From contig SWDI01000002.1 in the NCBI GenBank assembly GCA_005116955.1, positions 416,954 to 480,953 of the forward strand: 64,000 nucleotides of DNA. Direction: 5' to 3'. The notes below the pieces were generated by a model, which was not told the DNA's origin, searched no databases, and was given only the letters and a program-made list of their open reading frames with translations. The position numbers were made by a program, and so were the translations under genes. Positions 28,465 through 37,208 of the stretch are shown piece after piece. Each line of letters starts with the position of its first letter. The first letter of the stretch is position 1. This DNA comes from Nitrospira sp. (GTDB lineage: Bacteria; Nitrospirota; Nitrospiria; Nitrospirales; Nitrospiraceae).

Positions 28465-28897
28465 GCCTGACCTCCTTCATTCAAGCCAGAACCTTCGTCT
28501 TCGCGTCATTCTACGCACTGTTTGTACACCTGTCGAGATCTTGCTGAAGAGAAGCATCGTCAATATTCCTGGGACACGCGGTCTGGTCGGTTGGTCGGTC
28601 TGGTTGATCCGGTTCTTTGGATGATCAAGCCTCATGCATGGCCCCCATCAGCGCCAGACTGACGCCAACCGCTTGAGCGCATCGGCACTGTTTACGACCT
28701 ACGTTCCATCACGTAATCGATGGGTTGCTCGCGTCCGGCACGCGATCAATTCTGCTTCACCCTTCCCCTTTCTACAGCCTCGATCACTGCTGATAATCTG
28801 CAACCACCGTGCAAATCATGCAATCTTCTTGACTATCACCTTCAAGACAACCACCTAGGTTGAGCCCTTACCCTTGAGTGCCGCAGGCAGGCCCGTG

Positions 28898-29110
28898 TTA
28901 TCGAGGTTCGAGCAGCAGTCTCTCCAACTGCTCCACAATCCACTCCGCCGCTTTGCCATCCCACAGCGGTGGGATCGCCCCTTTCTTCCACTGCCCGGCC
29001 ATCAATCGCGCCAGCGCGGGTGGAAGCTTGCTCGGATCAGTCCCGATCAATTCGTTGGTGCCGATGGTGATGGTCTCAGGGCGCTCGGTGTTGTCACGCA
29101 AGGTGAGGCA
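28898..29110 (-). pseudogene. Displaced wecB 3'-end fragment C
   Basis: The ORF-track peptide ...CLTLRDNTERPETITIGTNELIGTDPSKLPPALARLMAGQWKKGAIPPLWDGKAAEWIVEQLERLLLEPR differs from the intact WecB tail at only a handful of positions. The upstream part of the 83-aa ORF (MLHRSFLNRLPAS) is unrelated. Confidence 0.85.
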
Positions 29111-29162
29111 CGATGCAGGAAGCCTATTCAAGAACGACCTGTGCAACACTTAGATTTCCCCA

Positions 29163-29528
29163 CTATTCGAATGGTAAGACGCGTGCTCTGGCGCGTTGGA
29201 GGTCAATGGAAATCAGCGCCCCTTCTTCGAGTTCCCGGCGGAATTGCTTGATTGCATTGATGAGCACGATTCGAAGCGCGTCGGGCAGAACATTCTGTGT
29301 GCGCACTTGGATGACGCTTGGGCCGATTGCCCGTGTTGCCGCGAGCAATGCTGAGAAATCAAGATCGTGCGTCACGATCACATAGGCATTGTCTCTGGCC
29401 CATTTCATAATAACGTCATCGGTAGCACAAGGCTCGCCGACGGTCGCCCAGTGCATGGCGTCCCACCCTTCTGCGGCGAATGGGTCTAACCAGTCAGGCG
29501 AGAGATTCATATCGATGAGGAATTTCAT
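29163..29528 (-). CDS. DUF5615-family PIN-like (Mut7-C-like) putative toxin
   Basis: 121 aa. MKFLIDMNLSPDW...DDVIMKWARDNAYVIVTHDLDFSALL matches the DUF5615 pattern. It overlaps the upstream DUF433 gene by 1 nt. Confidence 0.7.
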   Translation of the reverse strand: MKFLIDMNLSPDWLDPFAAEGWDAMHWATVGEPCATDDVIMKWARDNAYVIVTHDLDFSALLAATRAIGPSVIQVRTQNVLPDALRIVLINAIKQFRRELEEGALISIDLQRARARVLPFE

Positions 29529-29767
29529 CAGGAGACCAAGGGAAGATCCTTTTCTTCCGATCTCCAGGCTGCGTAGGTTAAGGCTTGCAAGATATCTTCC
29601 CGTTCGATGTAGGGATAGGCTGCCAACACCTCCTCAATCACTTTCCCCGCCGCCATTAAGCCAACGATAGTCCCGACGGTCACTCGCATACCCCGGATAC
29701 AGGGTTTCCCTCCCATGACTGCTGGGTCCATGGTGATACGATCCAATTCCTTCATGGTTTCCTCCAT
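29528..29767 (-). CDS. DUF433-family putative antitoxin
   Basis: 79 aa. The DUF433 signature is DPAVMGGKPCIRGMRVTVGTIVGLMAAGKVIEEVLAAYPYIEREDILQAL. Confidence 0.75.
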   Translation of the reverse strand: MEETMKELDRITMDPAVMGGKPCIRGMRVTVGTIVGLMAAGKVIEEVLAAYPYIEREDILQALTYAAWRSEEKDLPLVS

Positions 29768-29873
29768 GCCATCGGAGTTTCAGTCCCTGTTCATCGATTC
29801 AGATGATGCTGTGCGGCAGTGTTGTGCTGCATGTATTACTCATGTGTGACGAGACCAGGCGCACGGGCCGCTC

Positions 29874-30152
29874 CTACTCTATGGGAAGTCTCGCTATCAG
29901 GCAAGACCGAAGCACGCGCTTCCTGCTTACCCCCACCTCAGTTCTCGCCAGTATCCGCTCCAACTGTTCCGCGATCCGTTCCGCCGCCTTGCCATCCCAT
30001 TTCGAAGGAATCGCGCCTTTCTTCCACTGCCCGGCCATCAATCGCGCCAGCGCGGGTGGCAGCTTGTTCGGATCAGTCCCGATCAATTCGTTGGTGCCGA
30101 TGGTGATGGTCTCAGGGCGTTCCGTGTTGTCCCGAAGGATCAGACATTCCAA
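29874..30152 (-). pseudogene. Displaced wecB 3'-end fragment D (homology 29949-30146, reads through into unrelated tail)
   Basis: The ORF-track peptide is MECLILRDNTERPETITIGTNELIGTDPNKLPPALARLMAGQWKKGAIPSKWDGKAAERIAEQLERILARTEVGVSRK... The stop position of the other copies is lost. Confidence 0.85.
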
Positions 30153-30243
30153 GAATTGTCGTTTCTTCCCCAGGAGTATTGTTTCTCTGCCGCCTCCTTA
30201 CAGATAACCTTCTCGGCGTTTGTGCGTGAGTAACTCATACAAG

Positions 30244-30525
30244 TTAGGCCGCGCGTCCTGTGGATGTTCTTGGACGATGAGCCGGAGCTCCGTGCAGCAT
30301 GCCCTCAACGCTGATATCTTCGTCGATATCAGGCCAATGAACCCCCTGACCGTCGCCAAGGATTTCCCAATGTTGTCGCTGCTCCTGGGTTGCTTCCGAT
30401 AAGCGCCATGACCAGACCAACGGTACGCTGATTGTCCGTCCATCCACCAAATGCGCAATGATCTCATCGTCGGTGACTTCAACGGTCATGACGCGAGGGT
30501 CAACGATCTTCGCCGCAGTGTTCAT
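30244..30525 (-). CDS. DUF2442-family small protein (solo; usual DUF4160 partner absent)
   Basis: 93 aa. DGRTISVPLVWSWRLSEATQEQRQHWEILGDGQGVHWPDIDEDISVEGML matches the DUF2442 pattern. It starts 70 nt after the wecB stop. Confidence 0.7.
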   Translation of the reverse strand: MNTAAKIVDPRVMTVEVTDDEIIAHLVDGRTISVPLVWSWRLSEATQEQRQHWEILGDGQGVHWPDIDEDISVEGMLHGAPAHRPRTSTGRAA

Positions 30526-30594
30526 GCCAGGCCTCCAGAATCAGATCAGTATACTGGGACAGGCACCGCCGAAGACTGCGGAGCCAGTCCCGTA

Positions 30595-31698
30595 TCAACA
30601 GCCTGCGAGCAGCAGTCTCTCCAACTGTTCCACAATCCGCTCCGCCGCTTTGCCATCCCACTTCGGCGGAATTGCCCCTTTCTTCCACTGTCCCGCCATC
30701 AAGCGCGCGAGCGCAGGAGGGAGTTTGCTCGGATCAGTCCCGATCAATTCGTTGGTGCCGATGGTGATGGTTTCCGGGCGTTCGGTGTTATCGCGCAACG
30801 TGAGACAGGGCACACCAAGCACCGTCGTTTCCTCGGTAATCCCCCCCGAATCGGTAATCACGCCTTTGGCATGTTTGACGAGGTAATTAAATTCCAAGTA
30901 GCCCAAGGGGTCAACGTAGTGCATTGACGGAAGCGTGTTCCCCGTGTCTCTTAGATTCTTAGCCGTCCTGGGATGGACCGGAAAGATAACGGATAGGCCT
31001 CTGGTTCCATCGGCAATGGTGCGCAGCAGTCGGAGCAATTGTTGTTCTCCATCCACATTGGCCGGACGATGGAGCGTGATGACCATATAGTGACCGGGTT
31101 GTAATGCGAGTGACTCCCAGCAGGCCGGCTGACGCAATCGAGGCAACTGTTTGAGCAACGTGTCGATCATGGTGTTGCCCACAAAAAAGATTCGATCGTC
31201 GGTGACACCGCTACGGCGCAAATGGTCGTTGGCCGTTTCGCTCGTTGTAAAAAACCAATTGGTAATGGAGTCGGTGACCACCCGGTTGATTTCCTCTGGC
31301 ATCGTCCAATCCCCGGACCGAATCCCGCCTTCGACATGAGCCACCGGCACACCCAGTTTTCGCGCCGCGATGGAGCACGCCATGGTCGATGTCACATCAC
31401 CGACGACCAGACAGAGGTCACTCTTTTCCTTCAGCAAAACTTTTTCATACCCGACCATAATGCCGGCGGTCTGTTCGGCTTGAGTGCCCGACCCCACCTC
31501 GAGATTGATGTCCGGATCAGGAATCCCGAGCTCTTCAAAGAAGCTGCCGGACATGGCGCGGTCGTAGTGTTGCCCCGTATGGACCAGGCGATAGCGCAGC
31601 GGCCCTCCCCGCTTCTCCGCTGCCTTCAGGGCATCAATGATCGGCGCAATTTTCATGAAATTCGGGCGTGCTCCGGCGATAATATCAATGCGCTTCAC
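30595..31698 (-). CDS. wecB: UDP-N-acetylglucosamine 2-epimerase (non-hydrolysing)
   Basis: 367 aa, full length. GARPNFMKIAPI, HTGQHYD, VHVEGGIRS and TDSGGITEETTVLGVPCLTLRDNTERPET are canonical WecB/MnaA motifs. It has a GTG start with GAGGTG upstream. Confidence 0.95.
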   Translation of the reverse strand: MKRIDIIAGARPNFMKIAPIIDALKAAEKRGGPLRYRLVHTGQHYDRAMSGSFFEELGIPDPDINLEVGSGTQAEQTAGIMVGYEKVLLKEKSDLCLVVGDVTSTMACSIAARKLGVPVAHVEGGIRSGDWTMPEEINRVVTDSITNWFFTTSETANDHLRRSGVTDDRIFFVGNTMIDTLLKQLPRLRQPACWESLALQPGHYMVITLHRPANVDGEQQLLRLLRTIADGTRGLSVIFPVHPRTAKNLRDTGNTLPSMHYVDPLGYLEFNYLVKHAKGVITDSGGITEETTVLGVPCLTLRDNTERPETITIGTNELIGTDPSKLPPALARLMAGQWKKGAIPPKWDGKAAERIVEQLERLLLAGC

Positions 31699-31911
31699 TC
31701 AGCACCTCATCTTGCAGTTATACAGTTATATGGTCATGTAGCTAGCGTGATGGTAGTCACTCCCGCCAGACAGAGCAACTCAAAATTGTTTTCAGGACCA
31801 CTGAGACATGATCGATAGAGACGCGACACAGCCGATCATGAGAATAGACTGGCATGGCATCGCTACAGGGTATAGCTGCCGCTAACAAAACGAGAAGGAT
31901 GACGAGAAATA

Positions 31912-32874
31912 TCAGAAGTGCACTTCGCGGATCGACTGACTATTCGTTTGGAACCACTGGACGGTTTTCTTCAGCCCGCTGCGCAAGGCATGACGTGCCT
32001 GAAAGCCGAAGAGCTGCTTGGCGCGGCTCACATCAAGACAACGGCGAGGTTGGCCATTCGGTTTCGCGGTATCCCACTGAATTATTCCGGTGAATCCCAC
32101 TTCATTTGCAATCAATCCGGCTAGGTCTCGAATCGAAACTTCTTCACCAGTCCCTAAGTTGACCGGTAGATTTCCATCATATTGTTCGGCCGCAAGTAGA
32201 ATGCCCTTGGCCGCATCCTCGACGTATAAAAACTCCCGGCTCGGCGACCCATCTCCCCAGAGCGTCATCGAAGTCTGTCCTGCGTCCTTGGCCGCCACGC
32301 ATTTCCGGATGAGGGCTGGAATGACGTGAGACGTTTCTAGATCGAAGTTATCGCGAGGTCCGTATAGGTTCACGGGGAAAAGTACGATCGAATTGAACCC
32401 GTACTGTTGCCGATAGGCCTGGGACTGCACCAACATCATTTTCTTCGCCAATCCGTAGGGAGCATTAGTTTCCTCCGGGTACCCGTTCCAGATATCGTCC
32501 TCTTTAAAGGGGATTGGAGCGAACTTTGGATACGCACAGATGGTTCCAAGCGCCACAAACTTCTTCAACCCCCGTTGGCGGCCGACCTCGATCAGCTGGG
32601 TGCCAATCATCAAGTTGTCATAGAAAAACCGACCTGGATTGGCCTGATTGGCCCCGATGCCGCCGACACGAGCTGCTAAATGGATGACCAGATCCGGCTT
32701 CGCGTCGCTATACAATTGCTTCACCGCGTCCATCTGCACCAAATCATAGTCCCGGCTCCGCGGAATAACGATCTCTCGACAGTCTTTCGCCCGTAACTGG
32801 TCCACGACGAACGAACCAAGAAACCCGGCACCGCCAGTTACAACAACTCGCTTGTCCTTCCAAAATGACATCAT
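31912..32874 (-). CDS. fcl: GDP-L-fucose synthase (GDP-4-keto-6-deoxymannose 3,5-epimerase/4-reductase)
   Basis: 320 aa. It has [10 protein letters not shown] (Rossmann), the catalytic Y-x3-K context NAPYGLAKK and a [17 protein letters not shown] segment. It lies directly downstream of gmd. Confidence 0.9.
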   Translation of the reverse strand: MMSFWKDKRVVVTGGAGFLGSFVVDQLRAKDCREIVIPRSRDYDLVQMDAVKQLYSDAKPDLVIHLAARVGGIGANQANPGRFFYDNLMIGTQLIEVGRQRGLKKFVALGTICAYPKFAPIPFKEDDIWNGYPEETNAPYGLAKKMMLVQSQAYRQQYGFNSIVLFPVNLYGPRDNFDLETSHVIPALIRKCVAAKDAGQTSMTLWGDGSPSREFLYVEDAAKGILLAAEQYDGNLPVNLGTGEEVSIRDLAGLIANEVGFTGIIQWDTAKPNGQPRRCLDVSRAKQLFGFQARHALRSGLKKTVQWFQTNSQSIREVHF

Positions 32875-32893
32875 GCTTCAGTTACCCCACTCG

Positions 32894-33901
32894 TTAGGTT
32901 CGTTTCCTGGTCCCATCCAATTTCTCTTTTTCCGACGCTAAATCCGCGTCCACCATCATGGCAATCAGTTCTTCGAACCGAACTTTTGGCTGCCACCCCA
33001 ACTGTTGCTTGGCTTTACTGGCATCGCCGATGAGTAGGTCGACCTCGGTTGGTCGGTAGTACGCGGCATCGATCTTCACATGTTTCGTCCAGTCCAGTTG
33101 CAGACGGTCGAACGCCAGCTCCAACATTTCCTTGACTGTATGGGTCTCCCCCGTGGCAATGACATAATCATCCGCCGTCGGCGCCTGCAACATCATCCAC
33201 ATGGCTTCGACATAGTCCCCGGCATATCCCCAGTCGCGTTTCGCATCGAGATTGCCCAGAAACACATCTTGTTGGATGCCGAGCTTGATGCGAGCTGCAG
33301 CCTTGGTAATCTTCCTCGTCACGAAGGTTTCGCCTCGACGTGGCGACTCATGATTGAACAGAATGCCGTTGCAGGCAAAAAGATTGTACGCTTCCCGGTA
33401 GTTCACAGTAATCCAATACGAGTAGACCTTGGCCGCCCCGTACGGACTCCTGGGGTAGAACGGCGTCGTTTCCTTCTGTGGCACCTCCAGGACTTTGCCG
33501 AACATTTCACTGGATGAGGCTTGATAAAACTTGGGCTTCAATCCTGACTCGCGAATCGCTTCCAGCAGACGGATGGTGCCTAGTCCTGTAATCTCTCCGG
33601 TATATTCCGGAATATCGAAGCTGACACGCACATGGCTCTGGGCCCCGAGATTGTAGATTTCATCGGGCTGGACGGTCCGCAAGATCCGATTGAGGGAACT
33701 GGCGTCGTTCAGGTCGCCATAGACCAAGTGGAGACGCCGATGCGGGACATGCGGATCTTCATAGATGGGATCAATGCGACCCGTATTGAACGAGCTGGAC
33801 CGACGGATGATGCCGTAGACTTCGTAGCCCTTCCCAAGTAAAAGCTCCGACAAATACGACCCATCTTGGCCCGTAATACCGGTAATCAAGGCTTTCTTCA
33901 C
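32894..33901 (-). CDS. gmd: GDP-mannose 4,6-dehydratase
   Basis: 335 aa. [41 protein letters not shown] and [17 protein letters not shown] are canonical Gmd motifs. Confidence 0.95.
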   Translation of the reverse strand: MKKALITGITGQDGSYLSELLLGKGYEVYGIIRRSSSFNTGRIDPIYEDPHVPHRRLHLVYGDLNDASSLNRILRTVQPDEIYNLGAQSHVRVSFDIPEYTGEITGLGTIRLLEAIRESGLKPKFYQASSSEMFGKVLEVPQKETTPFYPRSPYGAAKVYSYWITVNYREAYNLFACNGILFNHESPRRGETFVTRKITKAAARIKLGIQQDVFLGNLDAKRDWGYAGDYVEAMWMMLQAPTADDYVIATGETHTVKEMLELAFDRLQLDWTKHVKIDAAYYRPTEVDLLIGDASKAKQQLGWQPKVRFEELIAMMVDADLASEKEKLDGTRKRT

Positions 33902-34076
33902 GCGTAGACCCTCCCTAATATGAGCAAGGACGGGATTATTGCGTGCTTCGGTCTCTTTGTCTACTTATGACCTAAAAGAGGTTGCTAAAAGATTCTTGCG
34001 GCCACGGATATGGGCCATGTACCATGAGGCAGGTAGAATCAGAGAATATATCGTGCCACCAATACCTCATCAACAT

Positions 34077-34964
34077 ATGCGTCGCATCGGCCTCTTCCTC
34101 TGTCTGGTCGGAAGTGGTCTCCTAATCGCCCACTCCATCAATGCCTTTGTTGCCGAGGCGTTGTATGTGATCCCGACACATTCGGTGGCATCCGGCGAGA
34201 CACGATCGACTGGCTCGTCGTTACTCGCCTCCTATTCACCGACCCAGGCAGTGGAGGATGTGCGCTCAAGCGGCCTGTTCGTCCTCCCCGCTGCACCTCA
34301 GAGTGGAGTCACGAATGCGACCGGTCGAGGACCCTCCGGCGCCCCAGTTCGAGCCTCGCTCGGCTTGGCGGCCAGGATGCGCTTGCTCGGTATCGTGTTT
34401 GGCGATCAGCGCGGTGTGTTTGCGATCGTCGAAGAGCTCGCCTCTAAACAACAGGCCCTGTATCGTGTCCATGATCAGATTCTTGATCTTGGAGAAGTGA
34501 GTGAGATTCGGCGGAATGGAATCTTGGTCCGCCAGGGCGACCTCGAGGAATTATTAGAGCTGGCGCTGTTGGAGCACCCACCGGTGCCAGGTGGTACTAC
34601 TGGTACCGCGCCGTCCGCCGTTCAGCAACCGACCGCCGGCGTTCCGCTCCGCAAAGTCGTCGATCGCCGCGAAGTGGAACAGGCCATGAGCGATCTGCCA
34701 AAACTATTATCCCAAGCCAGAGCCGCACCACATATGGTGAACGGAAGCGTCAACGGGTTTCGCCTGGACTATATCGCGCCGGCCAGTTTCTATGAAAAAA
34801 TCGGGGTCCAGACGGGAGATGTCCTGCAGCGCGTCAACGGAGTCGATATTCGCGACCCTAGTACCATGTTGAATTTACTGCAACAACTGAAGAATGAACA
34901 GATCGTCAAGCTCGACATGCTCCGGAACAATCAGCGCTCGACGATTACGTACGAGCTTCGCTGA
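34077..34964 (+). CDS. gspC: Type II secretion system protein C (TM + HR domain + C-terminal PDZ)
   Basis: The start is placed at MRRIGLFLCLVGSGLLIAHS (TM helix); the ORF opens at 33939, so the start is uncertain. An HR-like segment LLGIVFGDQRGVFAIVEE...YRVHDQILDLGEVSEIRRNGILV is followed by a PDZ domain (GFRLDYIAPASFYEKIGVQTGDVLQRVNGVDI). Confidence 0.7.
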   Translation: MRRIGLFLCLVGSGLLIAHSINAFVAEALYVIPTHSVASGETRSTGSSLLASYSPTQAVEDVRSSGLFVLPAAPQSGVTNATGRGPSGAPVRASLGLAARMRLLGIVFGDQRGVFAIVEELASKQQALYRVHDQILDLGEVSEIRRNGILVRQGDLEELLELALLEHPPVPGGTTGTAPSAVQQPTAGVPLRKVVDRREVEQAMSDLPKLLSQARAAPHMVNGSVNGFRLDYIAPASFYEKIGVQTGDVLQRVNGVDIRDPSTMLNLLQQLKNEQIVKLDMLRNNQRSTITYELR

Positions 34965-35157
34965 CACGACAGTCAGCACACTACCCCTTCGTATTCCTGT
35001 CAACTGGTGCTCCTCAACGCCTTCATGGTACGCAAGGAATGAGCGCGGTCCTTGCCAGGCCGTCGGAAGGGAGAGTATCTTTACGACCGAGATAGTGGCA
35101 GAGTGGGGAAACGACCAATAATGGCGCGGGTCTCCAGGCAGAAGAGGTCAGGGTAAA

Positions 35158-36909
35158 TTGTCCGAACAGCTCGACAACGATCAGTCCATTCCTCGCGTTC
35201 ATCGCCCGCTCTTGGGACGTATTCTCGGGGAAAAGTTCAATCTCTTGGACTCAAAACTCGAGGAGGCCTTAGCCTACCAGCACGAAAAAGGCGGCCTGCT
35301 GGGAGAAGTACTGCTGCATTTGCGCCTCCTGAGGGAAGAGCAGGTGCTGGAGGCGCTCGCCCAACAATTTGAGATGTCCTGGATGCCTCAGCTCGACACC
35401 ACCCAGGTGGATCACGAGCTGATCAGGAAGATCCCCATCGCGTTTTGTCGACGCTATCGAGTCTTGCCGCTTCGATATGAAGAAGGGGCCATTCTGACCG
35501 CATCGACCGATCCTCTGGAAACCGTCGCGCTGGACGATCTTCGATTACTGTTGGGCAAACCGATTAAACCGATCTTGACCAGCAGCGTCGCGCTGCTGGC
35601 CTGCTTGAACCGAGCCTACGACGAAATCGCCAACCCGGCCGGCGCGGAACAAGTGATGGAAGACATCGCGGCCAACCAGAGTCTCGACCAACTCGCGCAT
35701 GAACTCGATGAGCCGCAAGACTTGCTGGATGCCACCGACGAAGCGCCGATCATTCGACTGGTCAACTCGGTGCTGTTTCAAGCGGTTCGACAACGGGCGA
35801 GCGACATCCATTTCGAATCGTTCGAGCGAGGGTTGGTGGTGAGGTATCGCATCGACGGCGTGCTCTACCCGGTCCTTACGCCGCCCAAACATTTGCAAGC
35901 CAGCATTATCGCGCGCCTCAAAATCATGGCCGGCCTCAACATTGCCGAGAAGCGCTTGCCGCAAGATGGCCGATTCGCCATCCGAACCTCCGGGAAAGAC
36001 GTCGACCTTCGAGTCTCGGTCTTACCCACCTCGCACGGCGAGCGGGTCGTCTTGCGATTACTGGAGAAGGAAAATCGCCTGCTGAACCTCTCGGAAATGG
36101 GCTTCTCGAAGGAGCGACTGGCCGTGATCCATCAGCTGATCCAATTGGCGCACGGGATTATTCTCGTGACCGGCCCCACGGGAAGCGGCAAAACCACAAC
36201 CCTGTATGCCGCCTTGAGCCACATCAATGCGCCGGACAAGAACATCATCACGGTCGAAGATCCAGTGGAGTACCAGCTCCTCGGCATCGGACAAATGCAA
36301 GTGAACCCCAAGATCAACTTGTCGTTTGCCGCCGGACTGCGCTCGATTCTCCGGCAAGACCCTGATGTCATCATGATCGGCGAGATTCGAGACCGCGAAA
36401 CGGCGGAGATCGCCATTCATGCCTCCCTCACCGGACACTTGGTGTTTTCCACCCTGCATACGAACGACGCGGCGAGCGCCGCCACCCGTCTCATCGATAT
36501 GGGGATCGAACCGTTTCTGGTCGCCTCGTCGGTCGTGGCGGTCCTGGCCCAACGCCTGCTGAGAAGAATTTGTCCGGACTGCAAGCGCCCCTATGCGCCA
36601 AGCGAGGAAGAGCTCAGTCGCTTGGACGTCGCGCCTGGGTCCACCGTGACCCTCTATCGAGGAGCCGGGTGCGCCGCCTGTTCCCAAACCGGCTATCGCG
36701 GGCGCATTGGAATTTTTGAGCTCATGGTGCTCAACGACGACATCCGGCGGCTTATCGGGAGCAAAGCCGACTCGACGGCCATCAAACACGCCGCGATCAC
36801 GAACGGCATGGTGACGTTGAAACAGGAGGGTGCCGAGCGTGTCCTCCAAGGCCAGACCACGCTGGAAGAAGTCATGCGAATCACGCAACAGGAAATCGAC
36901 GTCGACTAA
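35158..36909 (+). CDS. gspE: Type II secretion ATPase
   Basis: 583 aa. It has an N-terminal T2SSE_N region, Walker A GPTGSGKTT, Asp/His boxes and Walker B (DPDVIMIGEIRD). The tetracysteine motif CPDC...CAAC is typical of GspE. Confidence 0.9.
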   Translation: MSEQLDNDQSIPRVHRPLLGRILGEKFNLLDSKLEEALAYQHEKGGLLGEVLLHLRLLREEQVLEALAQQFEMSWMPQLDTTQVDHELIRKIPIAFCRRYRVLPLRYEEGAILTASTDPLETVALDDLRLLLGKPIKPILTSSVALLACLNRAYDEIANPAGAEQVMEDIAANQSLDQLAHELDEPQDLLDATDEAPIIRLVNSVLFQAVRQRASDIHFESFERGLVVRYRIDGVLYPVLTPPKHLQASIIARLKIMAGLNIAEKRLPQDGRFAIRTSGKDVDLRVSVLPTSHGERVVLRLLEKENRLLNLSEMGFSKERLAVIHQLIQLAHGIILVTGPTGSGKTTTLYAALSHINAPDKNIITVEDPVEYQLLGIGQMQVNPKINLSFAAGLRSILRQDPDVIMIGEIRDRETAEIAIHASLTGHLVFSTLHTNDAASAATRLIDMGIEPFLVASSVVAVLAQRLLRRICPDCKRPYAPSEEELSRLDVAPGSTVTLYRGAGCAACSQTGYRGRIGIFELMVLNDDIRRLIGSKADSTAIKHAAITNGMVTLKQEGAERVLQGQTTLEEVMRITQQEIDVD

Positions 36910-37208
36910 TAGTCTGCTGAAAAACTCGGTTTCTACATCAACCACCGTTGAAATATGACAGACCGAAGAACAACACGATGCGCCCCAGGATGCACGAAAA
37001 GGCCGTCCGGCAAGACCGCAGCGAGCGAAGAGGCGAGGCGTACGCTGCGGTACGTTGAGCCTCTGAGCGATGCGAGAACGCCGCTGGCGCACTTTTTCAG
37101 CATCCTGCTAATGTGGCACCGATGCGCTGACCCCCTCCTCCAGCCGGTTCGATCATGGACTGTCAGGCACCGGTCAGTCCAGCCCGATACGTCCGGAGTC
37201 TGCTGATC

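Larger units (their letters stand above)
26380..30807 (-). other. Array of five co-oriented wecB 3'-end copies (one functional, four displaced) interleaved with toxin-antitoxin-type cassettes
   Basis: The copies lie at 30595-30807 (part of intact wecB), 29949-30146, 28898-29110, 27187-27408 and 26380-26583. All encode ...(C)LTLRDNTERPETITIGTNELIGT(D/N)P.KLPPAL.R.MAGQW.KGAIP... Component features are listed separately. Confidence 0.8.

Noticed and set aside
30198-30482. 94-aa ORF overlapping the DUF2442 gene in another frame
   Set aside because: It has no recognisable family and overlaps almost entirely with an ORF that carries a clear DUF2442 signature.
26380-30807. Considered a CRISPR array or an integron cassette array
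   Set aside because: The repeats are ~200 nt, derived from coding sequence and imperfect, and the spacers are 0.5-1.7 kb and contain genes, so it is not CRISPR. No IntI-type integrase and no attC-like imperfect inverted core sites (RYYYAAC/GTTRRRY) were seen at the cassette boundaries, so it is not a classical integron.
36058-37092. 344-aa minus-strand ORF antisense to gspE (similar cases: 37503-38546 antisense to gspF, 42137-43117 antisense to gspL, 35545-35964)
   Set aside because: These are Arg/Gly/His-rich low-complexity translations lying entirely inside strongly recognisable genes on the other strand. Such shadow ORFs are typical of GC-rich coding DNA.
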